A stretch of DNA of 42,274 nucleotides from Octopus sinensis (lineage: Eukaryota). A program made the translations under genes and the position numbers. The DNA lies in assembly GCF_006345805.1 (NCBI RefSeq), contig NW_021835941.1, positions 1 to 42,274 of the forward strand. Reading direction: 5' to 3'. This document shows, in pieces, positions 1 through 13,590 of this stretch. The notes below the pieces were generated by a model, which searched no databases, was not told the origin of the DNA, and worked only from the letters and a program-made list of their open reading frames with translations. Each line of letters opens with the position of its first letter. The first letter of the stretch is position 1.

Positions 1-143
1 CGATATACACTCGTGTGACGAAGCTTAGTATTCAGGTAGGTGTATACAAGCCTGTTATATATATATACATATAAGAGAATACGACGTCACATATATGCAG
101 TCACATACACTGGTATACGTAGATATATATATAAATATAGGTA

Positions 144-194
<51 letters not shown>

Positions 195-407
195 TGTATT
201 ATACACACGTATTCATAAATGTATATATACATATACATATATATATATATATGTATGTATGTATGTTTATACATATATTATATATACACATATATATGTA
301 TATGTATGTTTTGGGCCTGAATGTATATATATATATGTATATATATGGACGCATACATGCGTATATATGTGTGCGTATATATATGTAAACATATAAGTAT
401 GTACGTA

Positions 408-446
<39 letters not shown>

Positions 447-907
447 ATATATATATATATATATATGTATATGTATGTATATATTGATGTATGTATTGCA
501 CATTCCTTATGCCTGTGGCAAGATATACATAGCAAATACATGCACACACGCGCATGCACAGAGACAGTAAGAAATAAGAGCTCAGTAAATACACTTCAGA
601 TCATATATTTCTGTGTGAGTCTGACTCCGTAGCTTTGAAGACAGACATTTTTGTGAAAGCACACACACACACACACGCACTAGTACTCTGATATATATAT
701 ATATATATAAATATGCTATGCAGTGCGTATGCTGCTATATAATTATGTACATACACGTACATTCTACGGTGTTCCTAACGGCAGATCGCGATTAAAACAA
801 TGTCTGTATTCCTTGCAACAACATCAACACATAAGCATATAAACATATACATATATACAGATATGCATGCATGTATGTATGATGTATGTGTATATATATA
901 TATATGC

Positions 908-974
<67 letters not shown>

Positions 975-1043
975 CGCTCATATATACATATACAGATATA
1001 TAGATATATATACTATACATACATATATATGTATATATATATA

Positions 1044-1081
<38 letters not shown>

Positions 1082-1264
1082 CATGTGTGTACACAGGTAT
1101 GTGTATGCACACATTCATATATGTATATATCTATTTGTATATATATATATTTATATATATACAAATATACCTATGTATATATATATATGAATGTATGTAG
1201 GTATATATATAAATACATATATATATATATATATACGTACATACATATATACATATATATATGC

Positions 1265-1303
<39 letters not shown>

Positions 1304-1469
1304 TACATATATACATATATATATATGCATATATATATGTATATATATATAAACATATATACATATATATATATGTATTGTATATATTGATACACACACA
1401 CATACATACACACACACACGCACACACACACACACGGACACATACACACACACACACACACACACACGG

Positions 1470-1501
<32 letters not shown>

Positions 1502-1843
1502 GCATACACACACGGGCACACGCACACGGACGTAGACATACTCGCAGAAGAAAAAGCACAACCGTTTGTTAAGAGCTGCTGTCCGCTTTTGTGTTGACAG
1601 CTATTTGACGCATGCTCAATGAGACATGAACTATGGGTGGACAAAAGTGACTATTACTGTTTCGCCATCAACTATGGGCGACCATTACGCCTTAATTTGA
1701 CGCTTGTACGGCTTGGCTCTGATTTACAATCAGTTTTACCGCACTTCTCATATATACACATATATAATTATTGTTCTTATTGTTCGGCATCGGTCGCCGC
1801 GTTGCTTTTGTTGCCGCATTTATTGTAGTAGTGGCATTTGTAG

Positions 1844-1879
<36 letters not shown>

Positions 1880-2199
1880 CAGTTGTTGTTGTAGTAGCTG
1901 TAGTTGTTTTTGGCTTTTTTTGTTCTCCGTATTTGATTTTTTTTCTCTCTCTTTCTTGCTTATTGTCCCGCCTCTCGACCTCCTAACACTCTCCGTCCAT
2001 ATTCCATGTATGTATATACATATCCATTATATATATATATATATATAGATATTATATATTATATATATATATATAAACATTCAACACACACGCATACATG
2101 TATATATATATGTATAAATATATATATACATATATATGCATGGATATATATGTATGTTTGTATGTGTATATATATATATATATGTATATGCATATGTAT

Positions 2200-2232
<33 letters not shown>

Positions 2233-2532
2233 ACTACATATATATGAACACTCACAGACACAGTAACACACACACATATATATATATGTGTGTTATATTC
2301 ATGCATGTATGCATATATACTTACATACAAACATGCATATACACACTCAGACAGAGACAGAAACACACGCCTGCGCGCGCATATACACACGCACACTCGG
2401 TTCTGTGGTCGTATATTTGTAGCAGACATTTTATTCAGGCTGTCGATGCTCTCCAAATAATGGTGGAACGTAATCTTGTGCATGTTCATGGAAGGGTGTG
2501 TGTATACCGGGTAGGGTTTATGGTTTCGTTCC

Positions 2533-2750
2533 TTTTTCTTTTACTTGTTTCAGTCATTTGACTACGGCCATGCTGGAGTATCGCCTTCAGTCGAGCAAAT
2601 CGACCCCAAGACTTACTCTTTGTAACCCTAGTACTTATTCCATCGGTCACTTTTGCCGAACCGCTGTATTACAGGGATATAAACGCACCAACATCGGTTG
2701 TCAAGCGATTGTGGGGAGAGAAACACACACATACACAGACACTCACTCAA

Positions 2751-2791
<41 letters not shown>

Positions 2792-2951
2792 CAACAGGCT
2801 TTTTTTTCATTTCCGTCAACCAAATCCATTCTCAAGGCTTTGGTCGGCCTGAGGCTATAGCAGAATACATTTGCCCAAGGTGACACACAGTGGGACAGAA
2901 GCCGGAACCATGTGGTTGATAAGCAAGCTACTTACGCACACAGCCACTCCT
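2533..2951 (-). mobile_element. tRNA-derived CORE-type SINE, family 1
   Basis: Minus strand shows an A/B-box-like head, CORE-like ACCTTGGGCAA, an internal (TA)/(TG) tract and the tail ATGGCCGTAGTCAAATGACTGAAACAAGTAAAAG. Homologous to 15311-15723 and 23295-23695. Confidence 0.9.
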
Positions 2952-2970
2952 AGAAAAACATTGTACAATA

Positions 2971-4227
2971 TTAAAACCGTAAATGCTCAAAATGTTCGCC
3001 CATAACATTGGTACATTCTGGGAGTCTATCGGCCACCACGTGGCACACACGACGACACAAGACCAGGTCACTGTTGATTTCCACGCAGGCCTCTGTAATA
3101 AACCCACGTAGTTAAGGCAGAATATCTTCTCCGGAAATCCATGGACGTTATGGCTGCGGAACGGAGCGGCCATTCAGTACTCCCACGCCGCCCGATCGAC
3201 GTCCCCGGGGACGTTTCACTGAGGAAATTACACACATGAATTGCGTAATACGGTGGTACCTCATCCTGTTGGAATAACGCATCACCAAAGCTGGGCATAG
3301 TCTGTATTGCGGGAACCACCTCCTTGCGCAAACTTTCAAAGTAGTTATCACCATTAAACCATTCGTGCCGAAATTTTTCTAGTGAATGAAATCGCGCATC
3401 CAGCTTGTACTCGCCATGTTGCACAACTGTGGTTGTTACAAGTTATGGATCAAGTGCTTGTTCAAACAGACTGCATACGTGTTAAGAGCATGTTTCATTC
3501 TTTGATGCAAATCATACGCAAATCACAATTTTATCAAGTGTTTGTTTTATACCTTTATAAATTGTCAGTTTAGACGGACGATCGGCATGAATGGGTTAAG
3601 TGTGCTCTCAAAAGTGACAAGCTCAAAGACTTCTAAACCCGACAGACCTGCCCAAACAGTGACACCTGGTAGATTCATCTCAGTTGTTAGTGTTTAGTGG
3701 GAGTTTTCGTCCTACCAGTAAAGACTGTTATGTCAGTTGAGATGACCTGACAACTTGAAACAGATCTCATCTGACCAAACGATCTTGTCAACAAATTGCA
3801 GGTTTTCAGCATGACTTCTGCAACCCCCACACGACAATCTGTATCATCCTTTGTTAGGTGTTGCAAATGTCTAGGTCGGTCTGGTTTGAAGTCGAGTTTT
3901 TTCTTGAGACGACCGAGGGACCTTCGTAAGACGCCCAACTCAGCCGATACTCGTCTGATAGACTTCTTAGGGCTAATCACATAAGTCAATGCTACCTGCA
4001 TTGAGTTTTTACTCAGTCGTAACAGTTCAAGGACGTCTCGATTTCGTGGCGTTCTTTGCTGAACTTGTCTCTTCGAATTTATTCCTTATTTTGTAAATTG
4101 CCTGTCGTGAAGGCGGCACAGTATGAAAGGTTTCCCTCCACATCTGGCACACTGTTTCCGCATCTTCAAATTTCCAATAATTCTTTAGGATCCACTTTCT
4201 TCTCTCGTCTGTCAGCTTGCCCGCCAT
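2971..4227 (-). pseudogene. Decayed IS630-Tc1-mariner transposase, DD41D (rosa/Visitor-type) with DUF4817-like N-terminal HTH
   Basis: Translation across stops and frameshifts gives MAGKLTDERRKWILKNYWKF..., VWSDE, GVTVWAG, FQQD...WPLRSAAITSMDF and ...GEHFEHL*. The second D (3263-3265) and third D (3137-3139) are 41 codons apart. Both ends are lost next to SINEs, so no TIRs are visible. Confidence 0.88.
3358..3595. mobile_element. 238-bp piggyBac-type MITE nested in the DD41D transposase
   Basis: TTAA on both sides (3354-3357, 3596-3599). 14-bp TIRs ACCATTCGTGCCGA / CCCATTCATGCCGA match at 12/14. Removing it restores the frame FESTLNGDNYFESL. Confidence 0.85.
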
Positions 4228-4272
4228 TATGATTCACTGTCCTGTAAAAATTAAATTATACAACCGATAACC

Positions 4273-4510
4273 TACTTTATTTCACGTTGTTCCAGTCCAC
4301 TCAGCTGGCAAGCATGAGTTGTACCTGTAATTCACAAGGGTCAGCCTTGTCACATTCTGGGTGTCACACTGCATCTCTCCGAGAACAACGTTAAAAGGGT
4401 TATTCGTGTCTGTGGAGTGCTCAGTCACTTGCACGTTAATTTCACGAGTAGGCTGTTCCGCTGATCGGATCAACTGGAACACTCGTCGTCGTAACCGACG
4501 GAGTGCCAGT
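4273..4510 (+). mobile_element. SINE family 3, 5'-truncated
   Basis: Aligns to 7135-7378 (TTTATTTCACGTTG.CCAGTCCACTCAGC ... CTCGTCGTCGTAACCGACGGAGT). Confidence 0.85.
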
Positions 4511-4776
4511 GCAATAAAAAAGAAAGAAAATATCTTATACTTTTTGATCTTCATATTTTGTGGACTACGAAGTAACAAAAAAACATAGTATGTTGGTCTA
4601 ATGCCTAAAATATCTAATTTCTACCGCTGCATAATGTGTTCAACCCTTGAAGGCGTAAATCTTCCCTTTTATCTATCAGTGGTCAATAACATAATTACCA
4701 TCTCTGTCATTGAATCGTCTCATTCCACTCGATATCCTTGCCAAATGTATATCTTTTAGGAATGAGGCAAATTATT

Positions 4777-5237
4777 CGCTTGAAAGGCTGAGAGACAAAT
4801 ACCTTCCTCTCTGGCCAAACTCTCATCAACTTTTCCAAGTATCATTTGAAAAGGAAGGTAAGAGTAGCGAGGGAAGTTTTGTCCAATGAAAACTTCAATA
4901 AAAAGGTGGGTGAATGTAGCAAGAATGGCATTCATGAATAAAGGACCCACTTGGAGCATGAACCTATAGAACAAAAAGACAAAGGGTGCTTTCCTCTCAT
5001 GGTTTTCTCCGATGTTACTGTGGGGTTTTTTCGTAGGTTTCTCTCTCTACGGATAACCCTAGTCAGTGTTTTATTTTTTCTCTCTTTTGGGAATATCAGT
5101 TGTTAAAACGACACTTTGTTCTCCTTTGTGTGCATGTCCCAAAATGTTTTCGATCTCTGTTGATCAGTTTCCAAAAGAAACATTCTACATTGTATTGTCC
5201 CCTCTGTGTTCGGCCCTGCGTGGCTTAATAAAGAAAT
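4777..5237 (+). mobile_element. Tx1/L1-clade LINE 3' fragment (end of ORF2 plus 3' UTR)
   Basis: Encodes RLKG*ETNTFLSGQTLINFSKYHLKRKVRVAREVLS / KRWVNVARMAFMN, homologous to ORF 34820-35221, and has the same 3' terminus. Confidence 0.8.
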
Positions 5238-5944
5238 TATGTTCATAAAATTAATGTCTCTAAATAAGAAGATTTTCTTCTACAAGTACAACACCCAATA
5301 AAACGCATTTTTTCACTTATATTTTTTAAACGTAAAGATGGGATTTGAGGGGGAAATTTAACTGCCATTTCAAGCAAATCATTTAGAATTTCTTCATCAA
5401 ACCGTCCTTCATTTTCCAGCGCAATAAGGGATGATTCCTCTCGTATTTGGCTTCTATTTCTAACAGAACCAACCGTTTACATAGATATATGTAACACCAA
5501 TATGGCGTCCATCCATCTCTCACTTACTTCATGTCAGTGACTTTAGCAGATTCTCTGTCTCTTACTATCACACTTTCTGTGTCATCTACACTCACTCCCT
5601 CTCTGTTTTCTCTTGATTCTCCTCTCTCTCTCTCTCTCTCCCCCTCCCTCTGTCTTCTATTGTCTACCTCTAGCACTACCTATTTACCTATTATGTGTAT
5701 CTAATGCTATCTATTAGACATGATTGGCGTTCACCTTTGTTCCTCTTTTAATTCAAAGACTTTACAAAAGAGACTAAATGAAGTGGCTCTCAGACACACA
5801 AATACGTTCTGACACACACACACACACGTACGCACACACACACAAATGCATCAATATATATGCACATACATATTCATGTGTCTGTGTGTATCTGCGGCAC
5901 AATCCAACTAAAATACATATACGCATATACATATGCATGAAAAA

Positions 5945-6006
<62 letters not shown>

Positions 6007-6469
6007 CCACATATATTTATAAATACATACATACAAACATATACTCACATATGTACATACACATAAATATACATGTACACAAACATATATATATATATTA
6101 ATAAATACACACACACACATACTCACATATGTACATACATATACACACACACATATATATACATATATATATTGTTTAAGTATGCACACACACTATCTAT
6201 CTATGGTTGATTCTCATTGAGAGATGTAATTGATATAAAAATGTGTGTGTGAGAGAGTGTGCGCATGTGTGTGCGCGTGCGTACTGAATAAAAAAACACA
6301 AGGAAGAAAAGACTGTACGTGCGGTTAGTGTCTTTGATGATTAAATGAATTGTGTATTTGCATAGAGTGGGTGTGTCTAAAGTGGCAGGGTTATGGTGAG
6401 TGTACAGTATAGGTGAGATAGATCGATCACTGGGCGGTGTGGATGGATATATTGATTGATGGATAAATA

Positions 6470-6573
6470 GACAGATAGATAGAGAAATAGAGAGATAGAC
6501 AGATAGATACATAATAAGATGGTTAGATAGATACATAGATGGACAGACAGACACACAGATAGGTAGGTAGATG

Positions 6574-6638
<65 letters not shown>

Positions 6639-6720
6639 AGAAAGACAGATAGATAAATAGATAGATAGATAAGTAGATAGATAGAGAGATAGATGAAATA
6701 GATAGGTAGGTAGATAGATG
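6470..6720. repeat. (GATA)n-rich microsatellite
   Basis: Direct reading. Representative of many similar tracts (e.g. 14315-14372, 16383-16480, 34160-34520). Confidence 0.95.
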
Positions 6721-7080
6721 GGTAGAACAATAGATATATAGTACAGATGAGATCATTAATAATGTAAATAAAACAATTAAATGACCATATAGACGAAGCC
6801 ATATATATGCATATATGTACATATATGTATGTATATGTATGTATATATGTATGTACACACACACATACACACATACGCACACACACACACACATATATAT
6901 ATTTAAAGATTTCTATATAAATGTAGAGTAAAAAAATTGCACGTAAGGAGGGAAAAGGACAGACGGAAAAATCGTACACAAGACGTGGACATATTCATCC
7001 TTCATCGGTCATTGGCCAAATATCACCTCAATTTCGCGTCATTACGCACACACACACACACATATATGTATGTGTGTATG

Positions 7081-7378
7081 TAGGGCATTCGGCTCACGAT
7101 CTAAAGTCGTGAGTTCAATTCCCGGCGACGCGTTGTGTCCTTGAGCAAGACCCTTTATTTCACGTTGCTCCAGTCCACTCAGCAGGCAAAATTGAGTAGT
7201 ACCTGTATTTCAAAAGGCCGGCCTTCTCACAATCTGTGTCATGCTGAATCTCCCCGAGAACTACGTTAAGTGTACACGTGTCTGTGGAGTGCTCAGCCAC
7301 TTGCACGTTAATTTCACGAGCAAGCTGTTCCGTTGATCGTAACAGCTGGCGACCCTCGTCGTCGTAACCGACGGAGTA
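7081..7378 (+). mobile_element. tRNA-derived SINE family 3
   Basis: B-box-like GAGTTCAATTCCC, CORE-like GTGTCCTTGAGCAAGAC, and a tail shared with 4273-4510 and 20852-20908. Confidence 0.85.
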
Positions 7379-7399
7379 CTCCTATATATATATATATAA

Positions 7400-7490
<91 letters not shown>

Positions 7491-7755
7491 CATAAATATA
7501 TATATATTATATATATATATATATGTATATACATATATATAGATATAATATATATATATATATATTATGTGTGTGTATGCATGTATACTTACATATAGAG
7601 ATTAAAATAAAAAATGAAAAAGCAAATCATTTGATTTTAGAGGTAAACTAAGCTGAGTACTCCTAGTACATACGTATTACATAACGTCAGTTGATGAAAA
7701 CTCCTGTAGATATTTTGCTAATGTATAAATGTACGCTTGTATATGTCTCTATATA

Positions 7756-7982
7756 CTGCGTGTTCAAAAAGTCTCTCCGCAGTGAATTATTTTGCGCATC
7801 ACCATGGCGCTACTTCAAGGGTTTTTTCGGTGAACAGATTATTTCGAAGGGACTTTGTCCACCAAGATCACCTAATGTGACACCGCCAGACTTTTTTCTG
7901 GGGAACAAATAGAGGGTCAGTGTAGAGGAATCGCCCGAAAACCTTTAAATACTTACTGCAGAGAGACTTTTTGAACACCTTG
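7756..7982 (+). mobile_element. 227-bp internally deleted Tc1/mariner element (MITE)
   Basis: TA flanks at 7754-7755 and 7983-7984. 28-bp TIRs (7756-7783, 7955-7982) match at 24/28. Internal transposase remnant FFGEQIISKGLCPPRSPNVTPPDFFL. Confidence 0.88.
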
Positions 7983-8339
7983 TATTATTAACCAGGATAG
8001 TAGAATTATTCAAAAGCCTTAGTTTCTTACCAGTTCTCTTATTAACCTGTAATGGCACAAAACTTCAGCTTCCTCATCACAATTTTTCCTCGGCTAATGA
8101 AGAAATGGATCTTTGAGGATTTCGTCACTGTTTACAATCATTTGAAAAAGAAGTTTTCGCGGCAGGATGTGCAGATGAGGGCAGCTGCATCAAACTCTCT
8201 CACGCACCAAATGTCAATTGCTAAAAAGCATTCGTGAAGTAAAATCATGTAGTAACACCAAATGGCGGTGCCCCAGCATGGCCCCAGCATGGCCCCAGCT
8301 CGTGAGCTGAAACTAGATGAAATAAAGATAAAAGAGAAT

Positions 8340-8900
8340 GTATCATATAGATGTATTTTTTGACGCTGAATCCGAATTTGTTATTCATTTATTCCAGAAA
8401 CAAATTGTAAAAATGATAATATTCAGAATTTTCAGCCAATCAGAAAGCAGCACGATCGCTCCCTCTTCCATTATCGGGGTTGGGGGGCGGGGATCGGCAT
8501 GTCAAAACATTGCTAGACGCACAGACATACAGACATACTCACACAGAGTTGAAACGCTCCTACTACCACTTTGGCATCAGCCCTTCCTTCCTTATTCATC
8601 TATCACCCCCTTCCTTTCTCATTCATATGTTGTGACGGAGGAAAACACAAGAGTATTATAGTAAGATTATGTTTCTCGTATCTCCTTCTCCACCTTGTGC
8701 GCACGCGCAGCGTATTTGGTCACTACGGAAACAGAGTTTTTCGCCACAATGATGTGTAAAATACTCACTTCTGATTGGCTAAAGTACCCAAATTTTGTAA
8801 ATTTTAAAGACTATTAACTTTCTAATTATGAAGTTATAAGGAAAATGAATTTCATTTTCAGGATTAGTATACAAAACTTAATCCATATACAACATTTGAA
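8340..8900. mobile_element. Possible old foldback/MITE-like element
   Basis: Perfect 12-bp inverted repeat AGCCAATCAGAA (8434-8445) / TTCTGATTGGCT (8769-8780) inside weakly complementary flanks. Ends not resolved. Confidence 0.3.
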
Positions 8901-9055
8901 AATAATTGGAACAAAATTGTGAATAGTGACGAAAGCCAGAAAGATCTTTAGAAATATTAATAACGTGCCTCAAGTATTAAGCTCTATTTCACCCGTTTGG
9001 AAAACCGAATGTGTTCATATGTTGTTTTAATTCATTCTTCATAAGCATTGGCGCG

Positions 9056-9086
<31 letters not shown>

Positions 9087-9185
9087 CACACAGATTCAGT
9101 TTATATATATATAAGTATGCACATGCTTTTGTATGTGTTTATATATTGTGCCTCTTATCAGTCAGAAACAGCCTGAATATGTATG

Positions 9186-9341
9186 TTTCTCTCCCTGTTT
9201 TTTTATCTGTGTCCCTTTCTGTAGAAGAGCGTAGGCTCGAAACGTAAAAGACTTTTTTCTATTCCTGAGCGTTATACTAATACATCTGTTTGTTTTGTAC
9301 ACCACCTGTCTTCGTCTTTTGTTTTTTTCGTAAACTCTCCC
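9186..9341 (+). mobile_element. Short HHR-bearing repeat, family A (putative Penelope-derived), ending on (TA)n
   Basis: Near-identical to 19576-19772 and 28823-29003. Ends in AAACTCTCCC followed by (TA)n. Confidence 0.85.
9215..9250 (+). ncRNA. Minimal type I hammerhead-like motif, A6U core
   Basis: CTTT-CTGTAGA-A-GAGC(GTAG)GCTC-GAAA-CG-TA-AAAG. Stem I CTTT/AAAG, perfect stem II, palindromic ACGT stem III. Confidence 0.65.
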
Positions 9342-9699
9342 TATATATATATATATATATATCGTTATATATAGTTATATGTATTTATGTGTGTTTTTTC
9401 ATGATTTCTTGCCAACAGAAAATGAGCCGGTTTTTCATCTAGATCATTGGAATTTCATTGGAATTTCGACAATATCAACAAGGTATTTTTGTATGTATGT
9501 GTCTATGTATGTAAGTATGTGTGTGCAGATTTGCATGTTTTGTTTTATGTATGTATTCTCATGCATATACTTGCATATTTAGACATGCTCATATATATTT
9601 AAATGATAAACTTCTGGAAAGTTTTACATATTTTTACAGTTCCACTGATGGATTGGATCCGTAGTCTTCGTATCATCTTTCTCCTTTCTGGTTTTTGAA

Positions 9700-9992
9700 A
9701 AGTATGTATGTATGTATGCATGTATGTATGTATGTATATATGTATGTATGCATGTATGTATGTATGTATGTATGTATGTATATATGTATGTATGCATGTA
9801 TGTATGTATGTATGTGTATATGTATGTATGTATGCATGCATGAATGTATGAACGTATGTATGTATGTATGTATGTATGTATGTATGTGTGTGTGTGTATG
9901 TATGTATGTATGTATGTATATATGTATGTATGTATGCATGCATGAATGTATGAATGTATGTATGTATGTATGTATGTATGTATGTATGTATG
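9700..9992. repeat. (TATG)n microsatellite with internal higher-order duplication
   Basis: Direct reading; source of four spurious ORFs. Confidence 0.95.
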
Positions 9993-10972
9993 CGCAGACA
10001 AACAAGTTGTAAATCAACGGCAAAGCTAGTTTGAGACGGTAAAAATCCTGTAATTGGCAATGATGAGGTGGAAACCGGCTGTGATGAGTTGGAGGTAGAC
10101 TTCGTGTGACTGAAGAGGATGAGGTAGGGGAAGAAGTCGTGGTAGTAGTAAAGGTGGTGGCGGGGATGTCGTTGGTGGTGGAAATGGCTGTGGTGGCGGA
10201 GACCGTTGCGATGGTGGGGACCCGGGGTCGATTTGTTATAGCGATAGCGATGGTGAAGCTTGTGTTAATGGATGTGCTGGTGGCGGTGGTGGTGACGGTG
10301 GTGGTGGTAGTGGTGATTGGGAGGAGTTTTACTATGGTGGTGGCGTCAGTGACGTCAGCAGTTTTGGTGGCAGTGATGGCGGTGAAAGATTTGCACTGAC
10401 TATGTCGTGATAGTGATGAGACGGGGAGAGGCGGTGATGGGGGCCGCTGCTGTGGTGGTGGTGGTAGTAGTGGTTGCAGTAGTGGTCGTGATGTGTCTCT
10501 TCGTGCAGGTGATGGCGGTGGAGAAACCGTGAAGGTTTAATGTTTGGTGTTGCTGCGGTAATGGCTGTGATTCTAGGCTTAGAATCGAAGCCTAAAGGCG
10601 TCAACAAAAATTTGGGTTGGGCGCCATCTTTATAGTTACCAGTCACCTTTTTAAAGTGCAATCGTCCTTATATGCACAAACTGAGATATAGAGAGATATG
10701 CATATACACACTCTATGTCTGTCTGTCTCTCTGTCCCGGTGTGTGAGTGTACATTTATATGATTGTAATCATGCACAGTCATTTATACATAAATGCATGT
10801 ATGCGTACATACATATATACACATATATACACATCGCTTTGCTGATGACTGACTGCAATTCTGCGAAAACCTAAATCTCAAATACACACATGGAGACTTG
10901 ATAAGCACACACTCATACACAGATATGTACATACATGAATACATATATACATACATGAATACATATATACAT

Positions 10973-11023
<51 letters not shown>

Positions 11024-11254
11024 TATATGTATATATATATATGCATATATATGTATGCAGGCATATATGTGTATACATATGCATAAAGATATACATGAGT
11101 ATATTTATTTGTCTGTCTATCTGTATATTTACAAATACAAATTCGTGTGGTCACATAAACAATTACCAAAATTTAATCTAAATTATATACACGAAGAACA
11201 AGTTACAGAATATATATATATATAAATACACACCCACACATATATATACGTATA

Positions 11255-11285
<31 letters not shown>

Positions 11286-11330
11286 GCATATGCACATATA
11301 ATAAATGTATATATATATACATATATATAC

Positions 11331-11365
<35 letters not shown>

Positions 11366-11367
11366 TA

Positions 11368-11398
<31 letters not shown>

Positions 11399-11492
11399 TG
11401 CACATATATGCACATATACATATGTATATATATATTGCTTATATATGCACATAATATATATATATAAATATATATATATATTACACACATAT

Positions 11493-11558
<66 letters not shown>

Positions 11559-12794
11559 GCATGTAGTCTTCTATGTATGTATAGAGTGTTTAAAGTGGTG
11601 TGTACAGATATTGCATACGATGATGAAGCTAGGAGGCGGTCAGAATTTTGGCTAATTCTTTATAACGCTGTCGTTCGTTGAACCGAGTTCTTCAATATAT
11701 ACATATATATATATATATATACCTACAAAACATACACGATAAATTTAATGGAAATAATGTAGACAGAAACTAGAAAAGTGAATACGTATACATATACGTA
11801 CAAAAATACATACGTACATAGATATACACACACACGCACACATACACGCACACACACACACACACATATATATATATTCGTGTATATATTTCTACCTACT
11901 TAAATTTAATCATAATGATATAGGCGTAGAGAAGAGAACAGACTACATTCGACATAAATACATACATAAAATTAAATTTAGGTATGTATATAAGTACATA
12001 CATATGTATGTCTATAAATACACACGTGTCTACATATGTACATACACCTAAATTTAATCTTAATGATACTAGAGGACAAAACACATACGTACCTACATAC
12101 CTACACACATATATATGTATAGCTGTATACATACGTAAATGTATATATGTGTGTGTATGTATGTATATATATCTAAATTAAATCTAAATGATATAAAGCA
12201 GAGACAAACAGATAGATGAAATTACACGATATACACACCTCTGGTTTGTAATGAACCAAGGCAAATTAAAGCGAAGCGACAGTTCTTATTGCACCATTAA
12301 AAGTCTTTCTTAACGGGCTAACAATGGACGACGGCAGATGAGGCGGGAAGTACAGAAGACGGAGTGGTTAACGTTTGTAATAAGCTTGTCGAAAGTTCGA
12401 ATATTGCCAACGTCAGCGGAAAACGTTTCCTGACATTATTGAAAGAATACGGTGTTGTAGAATCGTTGACCAAAATGCAGTGCTGTTATTTTCGTTCTCT
12501 TTTTCTTCCGAACTGGCAACTCATTGACATCGTCCTTTTTTTTTCTTGTATAACATCATCTGTGAGTATGTTGGGTATGTTAATGAAGCTGTATATACAC
12601 GTATATGCGTATGGTGCATGTTACGAAGTTCGTGTGTGTGTGTTTGTGTGTAACTAAAACATTTATGATTTCTGTTAGCATGCTTTCCACGTTCCGATAC
12701 GTGGTGAAATAATATAAGTGAAAATAGTTTATGTGGTTAGATTTAGTGTCTATTTTTAGCATATTGGCGAAGAAATTTTTTCTTTTCACCCTTA

Positions 12795-12975
12795 TAGAAA
12801 AATAAAAGACGAAGACAGGTGTATGAGCAACAAGCAAATATATTAGTTTGACGCTCGGGAAGAATGCAAAAGTCTTTTACGTTTCGGGCCTATGCTCGTC
12901 AACAGAAAGGAATAAGAAGAAATAAACAGGGAGGGAATGAAACAAAAACGTGTTTATTTCAACGGTCCAGCATGT
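12795..12975 (-). mobile_element. Diverged family A HHR-bearing repeat (motif at 12874-12909)
   Basis: CTTT-CTGTTGA-C-GAGC(ATAG)GCCC-GAAA-CG-TA-AAAG, with downstream sequence homologous to family A. Confidence 0.75.
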
Positions 12976-13002
12976 ATACATATACATACATACATGCATA
13001 TA

Positions 13003-13041
<39 letters not shown>

Positions 13042-13096
13042 CATAATACATACACCACACACACTACACGCGCGCACACCACACACCACCACACAC

Positions 13097-13148
<52 letters not shown>

Positions 13149-13225
13149 CACATATATATATATATATAGAGAGAGAGAGACAGAGAAAGAGAGAGAGAGG
13201 GATGCATAAATACACACACATACAC

Positions 13226-13358
13226 GTGTTCCTTGCTAAGAAAGAGCATAGGCTCGAAACGTTAAAGACATTTTTACTTCCCGTGCTTTATACTAATACA
13301 TCTGTTTGTTGTCTATACCACCTGTCTTCGTCTTCTGTGTTTTTTGTGAATTCTCCCC
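13226..13358 (+). mobile_element. Family A repeat with degenerate HHR core (13232-13267), ending on a TA-rich tract
   Basis: GAGC(ATAG)GCTC-GAAA-CG-TT-AAAG is retained but the core is decayed. 3' part is homologous to 9250-9341. Confidence 0.75.
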
Positions 13359-13590
13359 ATATATATTATATATTCGTGTGTGTGTTGGTGTGCATTATAT
13401 ATAAATACTACATACTGTATATTAATTATTTTGTATACTAGGTGTATTATGTGTACTACATGTTATGTGTGTGTGTGTGTGCATTAGGTGTTTAAATATT
13501 GCTGTATGTAGGTGTAAAAACCAAAGGAAGGCTATCTCCTATATAAACCACGCATGCATATCATTATGTACATGAGCGTATGTATGTAGT

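Noticed and set aside
40-2500. Many Tyr/Ile/His/Thr/Val/Cys-rich ORFs here and throughout the window
   Set aside because: Translations of (TA)n, (CA)n and (TATG)n repeats, open in several frames at once.
7081-7135. tRNA-like sequences in SINE heads
   Set aside because: They run into SINE bodies and lack a full cloverleaf, so they are not tRNA genes.
10106-10661. Val/His-rich ORFs (also 22345-22797 and 25811-26224)
   Set aside because: Degenerate (GGT)n/(AGT)n low-complexity sequence.
10838-10875. CTGATGA ... GAAA resembling a hammerhead
   Set aside because: Six extra bases before a 3-bp stem II, and no stem I or stem III pairing.
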